Of a stretch of DNA of 64,000 nt, positions 1 to 10,173 are shown one piece after another. Each line of letters begins with the position of its first letter. Within the stretch, counting starts at the first letter, position 1. The notes beneath the pieces are model-generated. The model saw only the letters and a list, made by a program, of their open reading frames with translations, was not told where the DNA came from and ran no database searches. The stretch comes from Promethearchaeota archaeon (GTDB lineage: Archaea; Asgardarchaeota; Lokiarchaeia; Sigyniarchaeales; SOKP01), in assembly GCA_019057865.1 (NCBI GenBank), contig JAHLWP010000018.1, positions 1 through 64,000 on the forward strand, in the 5' to 3' direction. The translations under genes and the position numbers were made by a program.

Positions 1-2
1 AA

Positions 3-1342
3 AAACAATTAAAATTTGTGGCTGTAGCTGAACCTATTCAAGCAAGGCGTGAAAAATTTGCAAAATTACATAGTATCCCTTCTGATAGATGTTATAAAAG
101 CTGGGAAGATTTACTTGATGATAGTAAACTGGCTGATATCGCTTTTGTTTGTACTCAAGATCAAATGCATACAGAACCAACAATATTAGCGTTAGAAAAA
201 GGTTATCATGTGCTTTTAGAGAAACCAATGGCTCATAATTTAAAGGATTGCATTAAAATAGTTAAAAAAGTGGAAGAAACTGGAAAAATTTTAGGTGTTA
301 GACACATTTTGCGATACACTGATTTTTTTTCAAAGATATATAAGATAATCCAAAAAGGTCTCATTGGAGATATTATTAACATTAGTCATAGAGAAAATGT
401 TATGTGGTATCATTATGCCCATAGTTACATTAGAGGACCATGGGCAAATGTAGAAAAATCTTCACCAATGATTTTAGCTAAGTGTTGTCATGACCTTGAT
501 TTACTTTATTGGATGGTTGACTCACTTCCTAAAAGGATTAGTTCTTTCGGAGGTTTAATGTACTTCAAACCCGAAAATGCTCCAGAAGGAGCACCTAATT
601 ATTGCTTAGATGGATGTCCAGTAAAAGATACATGTTTATATTATGCCCCACGGATTTATATTGATATTATCCCTATGATTCAAATTATGGAAAAAAGTGA
701 AAATAAATTTTTAAAAATATTAAGTAGATTAAGAAAAAATCATGTGTCCTTTCTAACACACATTTCTAAAATATTTACTCCTTTTAAAGAACTGAGGTAT
801 TATAAAGATTTCCCTATATATTATTTATATACAGGTCAGAAGGAAGATTATTCTGACGAAACAAAAGCTAAGATTTTAAAAAAAAGTCCTTATGGTCGAT
901 GTGTCTATCACTGTGATAATGATGTAGTTGATCATCAAGTAGTAAATATTGAGTTTGAAAATGGAGTTACAGCTAGTTTAACAATGCATGGTTTTAGTGA
1001 ACGAGAAGGTCGCACATTAAGAATTGATGGAACAAGGGCAACTATTATAGGTGAATATCATGTAAGTGGTGAGAAAATTATTTTTTATGATCACTTCTCT
1101 GGAAAAGAAAAATTTTTTATAAGAAAAAACTTAGAATGAAAGCTAGAGAATACGACCAAGGAGATTTTGAATTAGTAGAGGCATTTATTAAATCACTTAT
1201 TAGTAAAGAAATGGCTGAACCTTTAACAAATGCTAAGGCTTCTCTCGAGAGTCATTTAATGGCTTTTGCGGCACATAAGTCTCGCTTGAATAATAGTATA
1301 ATTGATATGAAAAAATTTCGAAAGCAAGCTGAAATATTATAA
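3..1342 (+). pseudogene. Gfo/Idh/MocA oxidoreductase, 5'-truncated by the window, split by a 1-nt frameshift near 1108-1118
   Basis: LLEKPM and KCCHDLDL motifs in ORF 18..1139. The C-terminal helices (GDFELVEAF…ESHLMAFAA) continue in the -1 frame (1136..1342) after an A5T6 homopolymer. Confidence 0.75.
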
Positions 1343-1500
1343 ATTTTTCAAAAATTCTTAATATTCATCGTTTAAACTTACGATTTTTATTTCATCAAAA
1401 ATGATGAAAGTATTAATTTTAAAATTTTTAGATAATTTTATTATAGTAAAGTTAATTAAATTCTTTATATTTAAAATTAAAATTAAAATTGCGAAAAATT

Positions 1501-1731
1501 ATGGAGAAAAAGATTGATACAAGCGACCAATTCATAGAATTCTATAAAAAGAAGGGAGATTATCTTGTATCACTCTCAGAAAATCATTTTAAGAATATAG
1601 AATATCGCAAGTGCCTTGAATTGTTGAATCAAGCATATAGTATGTATATAAAGGGATTTTATACTGAACTTGCTGAAAAAACTAAACAAAGATTTATGGA
1701 GATTAAAGAAAAATATTTTAAAAAAGAATAA
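1501..1731 (+). CDS. small helical hypothetical protein
   Basis: ORF filling an intergenic slot; no recognisable motif. Confidence 0.6.
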   Translation: MEKKIDTSDQFIEFYKKKGDYLVSLSENHFKNIEYRKCLELLNQAYSMYIKGFYTELAEKTKQRFMEIKEKYFKKE

Positions 1732-1743
1732 TGAATAAACATT

Positions 1744-2238
1744 TTAATCAAAGTCTAACTTCTTCTTTAATCTTGATATAATATCTATAATATGAGTCCC
1801 ATACCAATAAATTTTCTTGCATTGTAAATTTATACACTGAAAAAATTCATCATAATGATTAAATGTATTTTTTAATACTAATTCCTTAATTAATTCTTTT
1901 TCTTCAATTTTTTTTAATCGTGAATTACATATAGAACATCTAGCTTTTTCAACTTTAAACTTAAAATCCAAACTTAGCTTTTCTTTAAGTTGGATTAAAT
2001 AATTGTATACTCCTTCTCCTTCTAAATATATACTTTTTTCAAAGAAACTCTTATACAATGGGTAATCTTTTGTAAGAATAATCCTATCGTTTTTCTTAGC
2101 ATAGTCTATTAATTTTTCATCGGGTACGGGATTAACATCAAAAAATTCTTCTAAATCATTCGCATAGATAGTATCATAACCAAAAATTCTAAGAAATCGA
2201 GTTAATTTGCCTAACATTCCATCGGTTAAAAATTTCAT
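1744..2238 (-). CDS. Mut7-C RNase (PIN-like) domain protein with C-terminal Zn ribbon
   Basis: FLTDGMLGKLTRFLRIFGYD, ILTKD, RCSICN…CxxxxC…YWYGTH. Confidence 0.85.
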   Translation of the reverse strand: MKFLTDGMLGKLTRFLRIFGYDTIYANDLEEFFDVNPVPDEKLIDYAKKNDRIILTKDYPLYKSFFEKSIYLEGEGVYNYLIQLKEKLSLDFKFKVEKARCSICNSRLKKIEEKELIKELVLKNTFNHYDEFFQCINLQCKKIYWYGTHIIDIISRLKKKLDFD

Positions 2239-2357
2239 ATTAGTAAAATATGATAATAAATATCACTTAAATCATTCTATAAATTATATAATTAAATCAT
2301 CATTTAAATTATATAATTGAAATTTTTATTTTTCTAAAACTTATAATTTGAGTACAA

Positions 2358-2888
2358 ATGGAAACTAAAGACCTAATGGAAAAAGCCGTTCGGTTTCATG
2401 GGCACATCTGTCCTGGTTTAGCAATGGGTGTTTTAGCGACTAAGTATGTTTTAGAACATGGTTTTAAATATTCGCATGATGAAGAATTAGTTGTTGTAGT
2501 TGAAAATGATAATTGTAGTGTTGATGCACTCCAAGTTATTTTAGGAACTACTTATGGCAAGGGTAATCTTATTCATAATGATTATGGAAAAAATAATTAT
2601 AACTTCTACGATCGAAATAACAAAAAAGCTGTGAAATTAGCACTAAAAGTGAGTATTTTTAAAAATAAAAAGTTAACTAGAGACGAGAAAATTCAAATTT
2701 TGATGAATTCAAAACCTGAAGATATTTTTAATATATATGACATTGAATTTAATCCTCCTGGAATGGCAGAATCGGAAGATTCATCGCCCTGCGAGATCTG
2801 TGGAGAACTAACAATGTCATCACGCCTTATGTTTTATAACAATAGCGATATATGTGTTCCATGTTATAAGAAACTTCGTTCAGAATAA
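2358..2888 (+). CDS. fmdE: FmdE family protein
   Basis: FHGHICPGLAMG, CSVDALQ, GTTYGKGN, C-terminal CEICGE…CVPC. Confidence 0.85.
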   Translation: METKDLMEKAVRFHGHICPGLAMGVLATKYVLEHGFKYSHDEELVVVVENDNCSVDALQVILGTTYGKGNLIHNDYGKNNYNFYDRNNKKAVKLALKVSIFKNKKLTRDEKIQILMNSKPEDIFNIYDIEFNPPGMAESEDSSPCEICGELTMSSRLMFYNNSDICVPCYKKLRSE

Positions 2889-2996
2889 TACGCTAAAATA
2901 CGTTAAATGATCTTTGGAATTTTGCTAATAATCTTAAATGATATCTTTCCTCAATAAGTATTAAATTTAGAATAATCCTTCTTGTTGTGAAGTAAT

Positions 2997-3761
2997 TTGG
3001 AAAAAATTAATTCAAAAATCTTACCTGGTGCTGGACCTTTTTATTTTGATGGAAATAAAATAGGGATTTTAATGATACATGGTGGGGGTGGAGGAACATG
3101 TGCCGATTTGAAACCATTAGCAGAAGACTTGAATAAATCAAAAGGTTACACGATTCATGTTCCTTTATTACCCGGATTTGGAACCTCACCAGAAGAATTA
3201 AGAAAGATCTCAATACGCGCATGGAAGACAGCATTAGAAAAAGAAATAAATAAAATTAAAGAGAAATGCGGAAATATAATCGTTGGTGGTCATAGCATGG
3301 GCGGGATCTTCACATTAATTATGGCGGCTTATCACGATTTTGATGGAATCTTCACAATTTGTGCCCCAACGGGTATTCAAAGATTTGGATTTAAACTTGT
3401 ACCCCTTGCCAAGTTATTCATGAAATATCATTCCATAGCATCTGATAAATTTCGAGAGGAAACAAATAATCATTGGGTGGGTTATGATAAAATTCCAATT
3501 AATATTGCGACAAAGATAAAAAAATTGATGAAGGAGATGAATGAGAATCTATTTAGAATTAATTGTCCTACTATATTATTTCAAGGTAGGTTAGATTCTG
3601 AGATAAAAAAAGATAGTATGGATTATATTTATGACAACATTAAATCCAAGAATAAGAAAAAAATCTGGCTTGAATATAACGCACATTCAATATTAGATAG
3701 TATAGATCATCACATAATTGTTTCGGAACTTCTAAAATTCATTAATGAGTTTTGCCCTTAA
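2997..3761 (+). CDS. alpha/beta hydrolase (carboxylesterase-like)
   Basis: HGGGG oxyanion loop, GHSMGG nucleophile, D and H of the catalytic triad. Confidence 0.85.
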   Translation: MEKINSKILPGAGPFYFDGNKIGILMIHGGGGGTCADLKPLAEDLNKSKGYTIHVPLLPGFGTSPEELRKISIRAWKTALEKEINKIKEKCGNIIVGGHSMGGIFTLIMAAYHDFDGIFTICAPTGIQRFGFKLVPLAKLFMKYHSIASDKFREETNNHWVGYDKIPINIATKIKKLMKEMNENLFRINCPTILFQGRLDSEIKKDSMDYIYDNIKSKNKKKIWLEYNAHSILDSIDHHIIVSELLKFINEFCP

Positions 3762-3826
3762 AATATAAATTATTGTTTTAATTATTAGAATATTATATTT
3801 AAGATACTTTCATTTTTAAAAACTCC

Positions 3827-4273
3827 ATGAATATGATAATTAGAGAATTTACTGAACAAGATATTGATGAAATTACAGCTTTGATGAAATATCTTTGCTC
3901 TTTAAGGAATCAAGAATTTGACGAAGAAGCATGGAGAAGCGACTTGGAATTAAAAATGAAAGAAGTTTTAAATTCAGAAGTAATTGTTGCATTTGAAAAA
4001 ATTACAAATCAAGTTATTGGAATGGGACATTGCTCTATTAAAACTTCAAACAATGGCAGATTCGGATATATTTCTAATTTAATTGTAAAAGAAGAGAAAA
4101 GAAGAACAGGTATTGGCGAAAAATTAATAAGACATATGATTGATTATTTTCGAAGGAATCATATTCAATCAATTAGATTAGCATTAAAACCAAATTTAGA
4201 TGAAGCTGCTAATTTGTTATTTACAAAATTGGGTTTTCAAGAAATCTTACGCTTTTATGAATTAATTATATAA
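3827..4273 (+). CDS. GNAT N-acetyltransferase
   Basis: LIVKEEKRRTGIG acetyl-CoA motif, LFTKLGF. Confidence 0.85.
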   Translation: MNMIIREFTEQDIDEITALMKYLCSLRNQEFDEEAWRSDLELKMKEVLNSEVIVAFEKITNQVIGMGHCSIKTSNNGRFGYISNLIVKEEKRRTGIGEKLIRHMIDYFRRNHIQSIRLALKPNLDEAANLLFTKLGFQEILRFYELII

Positions 4274-4370
4274 TGGATATTAAAGAGAATGAAGTTAAAT
4301 CCTAATTCAATAAAGACTATAATGATAAAACAATATTTTTAAATTATTTAAAACATAAGATGATTAACTT

Positions 4371-5606
4371 ATGATTAAAAAGATAAATAAAGGGCACACG
4401 TTATTAGTAAAAGGACCTACAAGAGTTACCCTATTAGAGGGTAAAATAGATGTTTTTGGAAAGATTTTTCTACCAATAAAAGAAGTTTCTGGTAAAAATA
4501 TGTCATTTAGTGAAGGTCAAAATGTCTTAATAGTACCCAGTGCCCATAATTATCCTCTTTATGCATTAGAGAATTCAAAATTAGAAATATTTACTAATTT
4601 AGAAGAAAATCTTGAATTAATAGAAGAAAATTCAATAAGTAATAAATGGAAAGAAGTCAAAGATTCAATTCTAGATGAATTGAAAAAAAATAATAGAGAA
4701 TCACCCTTAAAAATAATGGTGTTAGGGATTAGTAGTGGTAAAACAACACTCATTAAATATCTAGCAAACAATTTTCTTAAGGAAGGGTTGAAAGGAGGAT
4801 ATCTTGATTCTGATCTAGGACAACAAATTATATATCTTCCAACTACTATTAACATTGGCAAATTAGATGATTATATTATATCAAGTAATAATATCGATTC
4901 TGAGAACACTGCATTTATAGGAAGTACTTTCCCTAAAGGAAATTACAAATTTATCGTTTCCGTATTCTGCAGAGAATTAATTAACAATTATTTAGTAAAT
5001 AATAAAAACACAGATTTTTTATTAATTGATACAGATGGATGGATAAAAACAGAAGCAGGGATTATTTATAAGAATTTTTTTATTAAGGCTGTTGATCCTG
5101 ATGTATTAATCGTATTTCATGATGAAACTATCGAAGAACTAAAGAAGATTGAAAAAATAACATCAAGTCAAAGAAAAGATAGGAAAATATATCTTATCAA
5201 GGAAAAAAACAAATATTTTTATGAAAAAAGTAAAGAAGAAAGAAGATTTTTAAGGCAAAGTCAATTTTCTAAGATATTTGCGAATTTTAGAAAAATGTCA
5301 ATCCCTTTAAATGATATGAAATTTATAAAAACCGATTATGATAAAGATAATGAGAGAATTGTCGAGATAAAAATTAAAGTTAATGATTTAATTAATCTCC
5401 CATACCATTATGTTATTATAGCATTATGTACTGAAAACTCTGAGTTGATAGAAATAGGACTTCTTTTTACTATCAATGTTGAGAAAAATTATATATTATT
5501 ATTTTCCGACTTAACCTATAAGCAACAACTCGATATAAAGAAAATATTTTTAGGAAGTCTTAGACTTAGTACTAAAGGTAATCATCAAGGATATCTTTAT
5601 CTATAA
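4371..5606 (+). CDS. Clp1/Grc3(NOL9)-like polynucleotide 5'-kinase family protein
   Basis: N-terminal KGPTRVTLLEG..VFG beta domain, SGKTT, DSDLGQ, IDTDGW, RRFLR lid. Confidence 0.75.
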   Translation: MIKKINKGHTLLVKGPTRVTLLEGKIDVFGKIFLPIKEVSGKNMSFSEGQNVLIVPSAHNYPLYALENSKLEIFTNLEENLELIEENSISNKWKEVKDSILDELKKNNRESPLKIMVLGISSGKTTLIKYLANNFLKEGLKGGYLDSDLGQQIIYLPTTINIGKLDDYIISSNNIDSENTAFIGSTFPKGNYKFIVSVFCRELINNYLVNNKNTDFLLIDTDGWIKTEAGIIYKNFFIKAVDPDVLIVFHDETIEELKKIEKITSSQRKDRKIYLIKEKNKYFYEKSKEERRFLRQSQFSKIFANFRKMSIPLNDMKFIKTDYDKDNERIVEIKIKVNDLINLPYHYVIIALCTENSELIEIGLLFTINVEKNYILLFSDLTYKQQLDIKKIFLGSLRLSTKGNHQGYLYL

Positions 5607-5730
5607 TGAGATAATAGTTTATCGACAATACCTTGAATAATTTCTTTTACCCATATAAATATATAAAATAAAAAAAGAATTGTTGTATAATTATAATATT
5701 ATATAACTTAATTACTAATAAGGAATCTTT

Positions 5731-7170
5731 ATGGAGACGGATCCACTAACTAAATTTTTAAAATTAATGTCGAAAAGCATTACTAATTCGGATTTAGAAT
5801 TAATAAACTTAGGGAGATCCCTTGGATTAGACTTGATTTCATTTGCAGAATTAAGAGCTTCACAGGAGGATAGATTTGCAGATATAGTAAGAAAAAAAGC
5901 TTTAGATAAAATGGAAAAAGATAAAGATAATTATTTATCTGAAAAAGACTCTTTTTATGCAGGAAGCATTGATTTTATGGTTTCGGACGAACCTGAAGGA
6001 AAAAAGTTTTTTTTACTAGAAACCAATGGAGGATCTCATAGAGGACTCTCAATTATTACAAAAAAGCAACAAGCTATTTTGTATGATGGATACTATGAAG
6101 CTATTATTCAAGCAAGAAAATTAAATAAGAGAAATGATAGTAAAGCCTTAATTTTAATTGGAGTACCAATTAATGATGCTTTAATTCATGAAAAAGTTAT
6201 AATGGTGGAATATTTTAGAAGAAAAGTAAAAGAGCAAGGATATTCAGTTAAAATCTTTAATACAGCTAACTATAATAAGGATTTTAAAGCAGATATTGTG
6301 TTCTTAATAGCTGATTATAAACTACTTTCTACTCATTTAACATTTTCTGATAATTGGGTTAAATACCAAGATGAAAATGCAAGTGTTTTAATAGGGGATG
6401 GAATTGCTCGGCGCCTTAATAATGAAGAGTTTATTAGATTAATTAAGGAAGATTTTCATAAAATAAATACTATAATTGTAAATCCAATTTTTGAAGTTAC
6501 TGACGATAAATCTCTAACATATTTAGCAAGTTATTTTAGTAAAGATATCCTCGAAAAATATAATCTAAGATACCTCTTATTTACTAAAGCATATAATGAA
6601 GAAGATTTAATAAATAAGCTGGTATATGCCATAAGAAGATATAAAAAGTCTTTTATCATTAAACCTAGTGGTGGTTCGGGAGGAGCTGGAGTTATGCCAA
6701 TATCGAAAGATGAAGATCCGGCGAATATAAAAAATATCATTAAAGAGAGTGAAAAAGAGTTTTTTGCTAAATTCATGAAAAGTAGAAATCCTTATCCTTA
6801 TACTATTCAAGAAATAGCAGATTTCAGTTTAATTCAATGGAAAAATGGTAAACATACATTTGATATGAGAATTTATTTAGCTCAGAAAATGGGAAAAATA
6901 ATTCCTATTGGTGGTTTGGCTAGAATTGCTCGAGGAGTATATAGTGGAAGTTTAAATAAGCAAGAATTCGTTGTAAATCTATCTGGGTATAATGGGCAAA
7001 TAGAAGTTGAACGTGGACGAGCTATCTCAAAACAAGATGGTAAACTTTTAAACTTAACTGTTGATGATTTTGTTAATATGTTTTGTATAGGATGTGTTCT
7101 TTTCAAAAGTATTGCTGAAAATTATAAAAAAATTATTAATTTTTCAGATTGGGATAAATTACTTGACTGA
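5731..7170 (+). CDS. circularly permuted ATP-grasp ligase
   Basis: Metal-binding IDFM…FLLETNG lies near the N-terminus; IIKPSGGSGGAGV, IQE, FDMRIY and VVNLS lie in the C-terminal half. Confidence 0.7.
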   Translation: METDPLTKFLKLMSKSITNSDLELINLGRSLGLDLISFAELRASQEDRFADIVRKKALDKMEKDKDNYLSEKDSFYAGSIDFMVSDEPEGKKFFLLETNGGSHRGLSIITKKQQAILYDGYYEAIIQARKLNKRNDSKALILIGVPINDALIHEKVIMVEYFRRKVKEQGYSVKIFNTANYNKDFKADIVFLIADYKLLSTHLTFSDNWVKYQDENASVLIGDGIARRLNNEEFIRLIKEDFHKINTIIVNPIFEVTDDKSLTYLASYFSKDILEKYNLRYLLFTKAYNEEDLINKLVYAIRRYKKSFIIKPSGGSGGAGVMPISKDEDPANIKNIIKESEKEFFAKFMKSRNPYPYTIQEIADFSLIQWKNGKHTFDMRIYLAQKMGKIIPIGGLARIARGVYSGSLNKQEFVVNLSGYNGQIEVERGRAISKQDGKLLNLTVDDFVNMFCIGCVLFKSIAENYKKIINFSDWDKLLD

Positions 7171-7176
7171 AATGAT

Positions 7177-8337
7177 ATGAATCTTGAAACTTTAAAAAAG
7201 TTATTGAATATCTCTGATAGAAAAACATTATATGATGAAATCTTAAAAAAATTGCAGAGTTTTAATAATTTAGAACATGTTCAATATAATAAATATGAAA
7301 TTTCTGGTGGTATAATCCCCGTTTTAACAATCACTAAAAATTTAGATATAAATCAGATTAAAAATGTAAAATTATTCATAGGAGCACAGCATAACGAATA
7401 TAATGGACTATTTGGGATAATAAAATTTTTTAAAAATCTTCAAGAAGGATTAATTAAATCTAGTGATGTTTTACAGAATAAACAAATATTGATTTTTCTA
7501 CCTTTAATGAATCCATATGGGTTTCTGAACCCTCAAAAAAGTAATAAATCGGGATATTATCTGAGAAATGGGGAAAATCTTAATAGATTTTGGCGAAGAG
7601 CTTTTGTACCCGAATTTAAGAATGGAATGGAAGATTTAGATGAATATCCTCCTCCTGAACAAATAAAAATTGTTAAAGATTTACTTGATGATTTTTGGAA
7701 AAACGAGACAATACCAATATATATATTAGATTTTCATGAAACTTCCTTACTTGAGAGATTTCCAATTGAATTAAATAAAAATCTTTCACCATATTATAAA
7801 TTTGATCACTGGCTCAAGGAAGGTATTATATTTAATATTATTAAACTGTACAATATACACTATTCTAGAAAACCTTTATTTTTTAAATGTAATCCTTCAG
7901 CTGATCATACTCATATAAATTTAAACTATAAACAAATAGAAACCGTATCTGAGAAATTGCAAGAGTATCTATCTGAAAATCATGGTGTAGGTAAGTTACC
8001 TTTTTACTTCTGTTATAGCAATAAAAGTAAAGATTATTGCAGAAGATTGGCTAATATGGTTTATGATAAACTAAAAAATAAATTATGGGAAACCTATTTT
8101 CCTGCTTTTGATCATTCTTTCATAAATCATGGTTGCTTTATAAACATGAGCGATGCTACAGCCAGAGAAAAAGTTATTTCTATGGAGTTGGAATCTCAAA
8201 AACAATTCTTTAATATTTTTGATGAAATTGAAAAATCAAAATCAGAGTCAGATTATTTTGAAAAAAAATTGGATCTAATCAATTTGAGTATAGAATTAGC
8301 TCTAGAAACCATAAAAGAAATGATAAATTTAATTTAA
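7177..8337 (+). CDS. M14 family Zn carboxypeptidase/deacylase
   Basis: GAQHNEYNG (HxxE), NPYG, NLNRFW, LDFHE; starts 6 nt after the ATP-grasp gene. Confidence 0.75.
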   Translation: MNLETLKKLLNISDRKTLYDEILKKLQSFNNLEHVQYNKYEISGGIIPVLTITKNLDINQIKNVKLFIGAQHNEYNGLFGIIKFFKNLQEGLIKSSDVLQNKQILIFLPLMNPYGFLNPQKSNKSGYYLRNGENLNRFWRRAFVPEFKNGMEDLDEYPPPEQIKIVKDLLDDFWKNETIPIYILDFHETSLLERFPIELNKNLSPYYKFDHWLKEGIIFNIIKLYNIHYSRKPLFFKCNPSADHTHINLNYKQIETVSEKLQEYLSENHGVGKLPFYFCYSNKSKDYCRRLANMVYDKLKNKLWETYFPAFDHSFINHGCFINMSDATAREKVISMELESQKQFFNIFDEIEKSKSESDYFEKKLDLINLSIELALETIKEMINLI

Positions 8338-8367
8338 TACTTTTATAATTTTATTAATTTCATTCTT

Positions 8368-8550
8368 TTAATTAATTGGAGCTAATAATCCTTGTTTAGA
8401 GTGTTTTTTTCCATTTAGACAATCCACATGGTAATATATAGTCTCATTCCCATAAAATCTTCCATTTATAGTATTTCCTAAGGTAAAGTGAAAGACTTCT
8501 TTTAAATTTTTAATTCCAATTTTAACTCCACAAATTTTACAATTAACCAT
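8368..8550 (-). CDS. small Zn-finger protein (CxxC…HxxC)
   Basis: CKIC … YHVDC. Confidence 0.55.
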   Translation of the reverse strand: MVNCKICGVKIGIKNLKEVFHFTLGNTINGRFYGNETIYYHVDCLNGKKHSKQGLLAPIN

Positions 8551-8624
8551 TTTAATTCCTTTTGATATTAGTTTAAATTGAATTATTTAAACTAAACAAA
8601 TAAAAGAATTAGAGAACTAGTCAT

Positions 8625-9641
8625 TTAAGATTTAAAAAATTTCAATGTTGCTCCAACTAAAGCTAACTCATTCTTTTTCTGAGTATGACCCCCTTTTCTT
8701 AAAATTAATTGATGGTTTTCTAAGGTTTCTAATAGCATTTTATTTTGAGTGAAATTTTTCAATTTAATTATTCTATCATTTCTTGTATGAATTAACATGA
8801 CTTTTTGAGAAAAATTTCTCCATTCTTCAGTTGAAAGTTTATTTTTTACAGCCTCTATAACTAAATACGGAGATAATTTCACGTTTTCATTCTTTTTAGG
8901 AAATAATTTAACTCCTTTAATAAAGTAGCTAAAAATCACTAAAGGATTATATTTTGGGATATTTTGCTTATAGTATGACATTGAAGATATAGCAACAATT
9001 TTCTTAATATTTTGATTAGGAAACCCTCCACATAAAACAGTTATGGCTCCAATGCTAAATCCAACACAGTATATATTCATTTGGGCAAATTTTTTATTTG
9101 ATTGTATCCAATCAATAATTTTTTCAAAATCATCAATTCTTTTTAAAAATTGGCTTCTTTTTCCCGCTCTTTTAGATTTTCCAATCCCTCTTGCATCATA
9201 GGCAAGAATTATATAACCATTATAAGCTAAAGGAAAATAGTAGTATTGGAGCGTTATCTTAGTATCAGAAAAACCGTGAGAAATTATAATAATAGCATTT
9301 TTTGATTTAATTGCTTCTCGGTTTTTCGGAATGATTAAATCAGCAGATAAAAATCTTTTCTTTTTCTTATTTTTCGTATTAACTTCAATTCTTACTTCCG
9401 AAATCTCAAGATCATTGAGATAAAGTGGCATCCACCTTTTAAACCAAATATCTCTAAAGCTAAAATAGATCTCAAATGGTGTAAATATAATTAGAAATGT
9501 TGTTGTTGATAAAATAAGAGATGTTTGAAACGCATTGCCGAAGATATTATCGTTAACGTGCCAGATATAGGCACTAACTATGAAAGATATAATTATTACT
9601 ATTATACGTTTTTGGTTCTTGGACAGTATAGTCTTCCTCAC
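8625..9641 (-). CDS. membrane-anchored alpha/beta hydrolase
   Basis: Two N-terminal hydrophobic helices, SHGF, YDARGIG, GFSIGA, GGH. The true start may be ATA at 9629. Confidence 0.8.
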   Translation of the reverse strand: MRKTILSKNQKRIIVIIISFIVSAYIWHVNDNIFGNAFQTSLILSTTTFLIIFTPFEIYFSFRDIWFKRWMPLYLNDLEISEVRIEVNTKNKKKKRFLSADLIIPKNREAIKSKNAIIIISHGFSDTKITLQYYYFPLAYNGYIILAYDARGIGKSKRAGKRSQFLKRIDDFEKIIDWIQSNKKFAQMNIYCVGFSIGAITVLCGGFPNQNIKKIVAISSMSYYKQNIPKYNPLVIFSYFIKGVKLFPKKNENVKLSPYLVIEAVKNKLSTEEWRNFSQKVMLIHTRNDRIIKLKNFTQNKMLLETLENHQLILRKGGHTQKKNELALVGATLKFFKS

Positions 9642-9740
9642 CTAAAATATGAAATTAGTATTACTAAGATTGAATAAAAAAAATATAAAATAGAGATATT
9701 GAATTTTCCACTTAAAAATCTCTATAGTTTTCGAGATCTT

Positions 9741-10061
9741 TTATTTTTTAGCTTTATCTGGAGGACATCCAAAATCATCCCTGACTTTACACTCATGTTT
9801 ACTTGAACTACCTGGACAAGGTTCACATTTAACTTTTCGTACCATTTTTTCTACTTCATCTATTCCTTGTTCAGTTCTTTCTTCCTCTGACTCATCAGCT
9901 AACATTTCATCTTCAATTTGGCTAAGATTATATTCAAGATCCTCTTCTAAATCATCTTTCTCAGAGTATAAGTCTATAATTTCATCTCCTTCATCGTCTA
10001 CTTTTCCCTCCGGAACTTCATCAATCTCAGATTCTACTGGTGTAATTTTTTTCTTTGCCAT
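9741..10061 (-). CDS. acidic (Asp/Glu-rich) protein with C-terminal four-Cys motif
   Basis: Long D/E tract followed by CEPC…C…C; ATG at 10061 or 10070 (track). Confidence 0.7.
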   Translation of the reverse strand: MAKKKITPVESEIDEVPEGKVDDEGDEIIDLYSEKDDLEEDLEYNLSQIEDEMLADESEEERTEQGIDEVEKMVRKVKCEPCPGSSSKHECKVRDDFGCPPDKAKK

Positions 10062-10173
10062 TTTATACACAAATTACTATATTTGATTTTTAACTTTTCA
10101 TTATCTTAACTATATAATATTTGTTAAAATTTAATTTTATTATATTTTCAATTAAATAATATGCTAAATAATA

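Noticed and set aside
1108-1118. Programmed -1 frameshift
   Set aside because: No correctly phased X XXY YYZ heptamer or downstream structure is evident.
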